Shown here piece by piece: positions 16,833 through 20,000 of a stretch of 20,000 nt of DNA; the first letter of the stretch is position 1, and the number at the start of each line of letters is the position of its first letter. The notes under the pieces are model-generated. The model ran no database searches, had not been told where the DNA came from, and worked only from the letters and a program-made list of their open reading frames with translations. The DNA is from Candidatus Thorarchaeota archaeon (GTDB lineage: Archaea > Asgardarchaeota > Thorarchaeia > Thorarchaeales > Thorarchaeaceae). A program made the translations under genes and the position numbers. The DNA is taken from positions 84,801 to 104,800 of the forward strand of contig DXJO01000038.1 in NCBI GenBank assembly GCA_019057475.1. Direction: 5' to 3'.

Positions 16833-18086
16833 CTAGTTTCCCCACTTTCTTCTCTTTCCGGATCTGTGATCCCTTCTTCCTCGTTTCTTCTGTGGCCGCC
16901 TGTCAGGTTTCTTAGGTGGCTTGGGTGGAGGTGCCTCTGGATACAGTCGTCGAATCTCTTCAACTCTTTTGTTGAATCGAGCCTTAAGGTCTTCACCAAC
17001 ATCTCTCTCAGAATATGCATCAATGCGTGCTGCAATGGATAGCTTGCCTGCCAGTGCTCTAGCAATCTTTCCTCTCTGCCAGTATGGTGCAGTATGTATA
17101 TCTGCCACCTGGAAAATCACGCCATGTTTCGGGGGACTAGCCCCGGTTTTCAGACTTCGGAAGAGTGCCTTCTCGGCGCCAAAGATTTGTACAGCACTTG
17201 ATGGTTTGCGTGCCAACTCCATGAGCGAGCCTGCAAGACTGATGAGTCGAGCTCCAACAAGAGGGCCGACGAGTGCAGTGACATTCGGCGCGAGAGTGTC
17301 CATGAGACCCGATAAATACTCCTCCAGTTCATGCCTCATTTCATGGAGGTTTACAATTCTCTCTGCCAATTTCCGGAGGATGACAATGTCTGTATCCCGA
17401 AACTCAGCGCCTGTGTCCTTATCCAAACTCTCCATAATCGACTTGGTCAGCGAGTCCGACAGACCTGAGGCGGTTAGAGCCCCCTTATTGATTTGTGATT
17501 TCCCACCACATTCTTTCACAGTTTGGACGAACTGCTTGTTATCTTCAACCAACCTGCTGAGCGACGGATGATGGAGTGAGTATATTTCCCGAAGCCGCAT
17601 TGTGAGCACATTGATTGATTTATCAATCTCGCCAATGGTGTCCACCGCATGTTTCACGAGAATATCCTTCTCTTCGCTGGCCTCAACCACTGTGGCTTTT
17701 GCTACGATCAGTGCCACATCTCGTCTGAAAGAAGAAGCCTCTTCTGCGGAGCCAATCTTTCCACTTTCAACTAGGTACGTATCCTCACCGTTTCTGAATC
17801 CAGTCACTACATCAGGCTTCTCGTCAACTCTCACCGGAATCTTCGTTGCTTGTGAAAGCGCTCGTGCCAGCGTTAACCCATCAACAAGAATCTCGTCGAT
17901 TTTGAGTTTTTCCAAACTCTTCAAGACTACTTTCAAAGAATCTGATGAGCTTCCGTCATTGACTGCCATGATGTTCGAGGAAGCGAGCTCAGCATCGGGG
18001 TAAGCAATCTGTTCAACAACAATTTTGCTCTCTGAGTTTAGCACGAAGATCCCGAACGATGTGAGAGTGAGATAGACTGTCACCAT
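16833..18086 (-). CDS. nop5: Nop5/Nop56/Nop58 family C/D box sRNP core protein, 417 aa
   Basis: Coiled-coil/Nop domain ...MHEMRHELEEYLSGLMDTLAPNVTALVGPLVGARLISLAGSLMELARKPSSAVQIFGAEKALFRSLKTGASPPKHGVIFQ...KRGRRDHRSGKRRKWGN; directly upstream of fibrillarin. Confidence 0.97.
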   Translation of the reverse strand: MVTVYLTLTSFGIFVLNSESKIVVEQIAYPDAELASSNIMAVNDGSSSDSLKVVLKSLEKLKIDEILVDGLTLARALSQATKIPVRVDEKPDVVTGFRNGEDTYLVESGKIGSAEEASSFRRDVALIVAKATVVEASEEKDILVKHAVDTIGEIDKSINVLTMRLREIYSLHHPSLSRLVEDNKQFVQTVKECGGKSQINKGALTASGLSDSLTKSIMESLDKDTGAEFRDTDIVILRKLAERIVNLHEMRHELEEYLSGLMDTLAPNVTALVGPLVGARLISLAGSLMELARKPSSAVQIFGAEKALFRSLKTGASPPKHGVIFQVADIHTAPYWQRGKIARALAGKLSIAARIDAYSERDVGEDLKARFNKRVEEIRRLYPEAPPPKPPKKPDRRPQKKRGRRDHRSGKRRKWGN

Positions 18087-18213
18087 TAATCATCTCTAAG
18101 GATGACTCTCCATGCAATACTCGGATAAGTGTGACGTTGCATCAGCGGAGCTCCTGAATGACTGCCATTGAGCTTATTACACAACATAGAGCATTATTCT
18201 GACAGGTGACCGC

Positions 18214-19083
18214 TTGAAGATACAAGGCTATTGGTTGGCTTCTGGGATTCTAGGCGTCACAGGTGCAATCATGAAGCGCGTTGGCGTTTCAGGTGCAGAC
18301 GCGATTGTTACGAAGTCTATTGGGCTCGCTTCAAGAAGGGGGCATTCTGGCCCAATCTTGGCCACATCGCATGGCGGGCTTCTCAATGCCGTGGGATTGA
18401 CAAACCCCGGGATTGAGGGTTTCAAGGACGAGATTTCAATCCTGAGCGACTCTGGGATCCCTGTTGTACTGAGCATCTTTGGGAGCACCATAGACGAAAT
18501 CACCGAAGTTGCCACCAAAGGCCTCGAACTGAACCCAGCTGCTTTCGAGCTTAATCTGTCGTGTCCTCATGCAGAGATTGGACAGATAGCCCACGATCCT
18601 GACCTAACATTCAGATACGTCAAGTCTGTGAAGGATGTAGTTGACCGTCCAGTCTTTGCTAAGATTACCCCAAATGCTTCCGATGTTGTTTCTATAGGAG
18701 CGGCTGCAGAACGCGCAGGAGCGGATGCTGTGGTTGCTATCAACACTGTGCGTGGAATGAAGATCGATATCTATCAGAAGCGCCCGGTGCTTGGCAACAA
18801 AGTGGGCGGGCTCTCCGGACCACCGGTATTCCCGATTGCAGTGAGATGCGTATATGATCTCTACAGAGAGCTCTCAATACCAATAATCGGAGTTGGCGGT
18901 GTTACCTCATGGGAGGACGCAGTTGAGATGCATTTGGCCGGTGCAAGCGCAATCCAAGTGGGTACAGCTGTACTCGACAGTGTCGATGTTTTTAATCACA
19001 TCAAGCAGGGTGTTGCGAAGTATCTCCATGATGAGGGAATCTCAAAAATCTCCGAGATCGTCGGGGCAGCTACGAGGTCGTAG
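18214..19083 (+). CDS. pyrD: Dihydroorotate dehydrogenase catalytic subunit (class 1B type), 289 aa (TTG start with upstream GGTGA)
   Basis: ELNLSCPHAEIG, FAKITPNASD, AVVAINTVRGMKIDI, LGNKVGGLSGPPVFPIAVRCVYDLYRELSIPIIGVGGVTSWEDAVEMHLAGASAIQVGTA. Confidence 0.93.
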   Translation: MKIQGYWLASGILGVTGAIMKRVGVSGADAIVTKSIGLASRRGHSGPILATSHGGLLNAVGLTNPGIEGFKDEISILSDSGIPVVLSIFGSTIDEITEVATKGLELNPAAFELNLSCPHAEIGQIAHDPDLTFRYVKSVKDVVDRPVFAKITPNASDVVSIGAAAERAGADAVVAINTVRGMKIDIYQKRPVLGNKVGGLSGPPVFPIAVRCVYDLYRELSIPIIGVGGVTSWEDAVEMHLAGASAIQVGTAVLDSVDVFNHIKQGVAKYLHDEGISKISEIVGAATRS

Positions 19084-19085
19084 TA

Positions 19086-19910
19086 ATGGATATCGAGAAA
19101 CTGATGGGAACCCCCACAACAGTCCAGGTTTCTAAGACAATCAGTGAGAACAAGAAAGCACGTACTCTAGTCTTCGAGCTACCTGAGGCTAATCATCAAT
19201 TCAAGCCCGGCCAGTTTCTCATGTGTTGGATTCCAGGAATCGATGAGATTCCAATGAGCATATCGCTATGGAATCCTCCAGAAGTCGGTGTGACAGTGCT
19301 TCCGGTGGGTGAAGCAACCAGTGTGTTCTCAGCTCTCTCCACAGGTCAGAGGTTTGGGGTTAGGGGGCCATTTGGTTCTGGTTTTTCCCTTGAATGTGAG
19401 CGGGCTCTAATCATAGGTGGGGGAATAGGAATGGCGCCTCTGAGACCGTTGGTGTATCAGTTGCGTGAGCATGGGATTGATGCGACTGCACTCGTGGCAG
19501 CTAAGACCAAGAATGAACTCCTGTACGTTGATGAACTTGAGGGATTAGTAGGTGATGGCTTCGATGTCCAAGTGGCCACCGATGATGGCTCAGCAGGTTT
19601 CAAGGGCATTGCAACAGATGCTGCTCGTAAGATATTCCAGAATGCACGCTACGACACCATTTACACCTGTGGACCCGAACCGATGATGGCTAAACTCCAC
19701 ATGATTGCCAAAGAGATGGATATCACGATTCAAGCATCATTGGAGAGGTTCATGAAGTGCGGATGCGGAATATGCGGCACATGCGCTCTGGACCCAACTG
19801 GTGACCTAGTCTGCGTGGAAGGTCCTGTGTTCACTGGAAACAGACTGAATGCCATAGACGAATTCGGAAAATATCATCGTGACTCCACTGGAGTAAAAAT
19901 ACGATTCTAG
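19086..19910 (+). CDS. pyrK: Dihydroorotate dehydrogenase electron transfer subunit (PyrK-like FAD/[2Fe-2S] reductase), 274 aa
   Basis: FKPGQFLMCWIPGIDEIPMSI, LIIGGGIGMAPLRPLV, TIYTCGPEPMM, CGCGICGTCALDPTGDLVCVEGPVF; 2 nt after pyrD. Confidence 0.92.
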   Translation: MDIEKLMGTPTTVQVSKTISENKKARTLVFELPEANHQFKPGQFLMCWIPGIDEIPMSISLWNPPEVGVTVLPVGEATSVFSALSTGQRFGVRGPFGSGFSLECERALIIGGGIGMAPLRPLVYQLREHGIDATALVAAKTKNELLYVDELEGLVGDGFDVQVATDDGSAGFKGIATDAARKIFQNARYDTIYTCGPEPMMAKLHMIAKEMDITIQASLERFMKCGCGICGTCALDPTGDLVCVEGPVFTGNRLNAIDEFGKYHRDSTGVKIRF

Positions 19911-19949
19911 CAGAGTCGAAGATACTGCTCAAGAAGGATGCGCTATCTC

Positions 19950-20000
19950 TTACTTGCGGACTCCGATAACCTGTCCCTTGATGACACGCTTGATGTAGTT
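19950..20000 (-). CDS. C-terminal 16 codons of an unidentified protein entering from the right edge
   Basis: Minus strand reads ...NYIKRVIKGQVIGVRK-TAA, open to the window edge. Too short to assign. Confidence 0.35.
   Translation of the reverse strand, partial: NYIKRVIKGQVIGVRK

Noticed and set aside
16921-17571. 216-aa plus-strand ORF
   Set aside because: Fully antisense to nop5, whose protein is unambiguous; composition is typical of shadow ORFs.
1-20000. CRISPR array, transposon or defence island
   Set aside because: No regularly spaced repeats, transposase, integrase or Cas/defence signatures; nearly all genes are housekeeping or redox genes.

Overview
The window is an archaeal chromosomal segment, judged from an archaeal-type DnaG primase, fibrillarin/Nop5, type II methionine aminopeptidases, a tRNA with a BHB-type intron and TATA-like promoters. 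Left part (1-6250): a redox island with the N-terminal part of HdrA, a poly-[4Fe-4S] ferredoxin, a tungsten-type aldehyde:ferredoxin oxidoreductase (AOR) with a four-cluster Fe-S partner, then HdrB and HdrC. Middle: an OsmC-like protein, DnaG, a roughly 770-bp gap without a convincing gene but rich in hairpins and repeats, an MBL-fold hydrolase, and two tandem methionine aminopeptidase paralogues. Right part: a two-TM/zinc-ribbon protein, a DUF1512-like protein, two RNA genes absent from the ORF track (stand-alone 5S rRNA and intron-containing tRNA-Trp(CCA) with encoded CCA), RNase HII, an archaeal HTH regulator, UPF0216, fibrillarin, Nop5, PyrD and a PyrK-like subunit. I see no CRISPR array, transposase or defence system. 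The best leads are the Hdr/AOR neighbourhood and the 8348-9118 intergenic region, which holds a 14-bp interrupted hairpin bracketed by imperfect ~28-bp direct repeats. All family calls come from reading motifs; no database or folding search was run.
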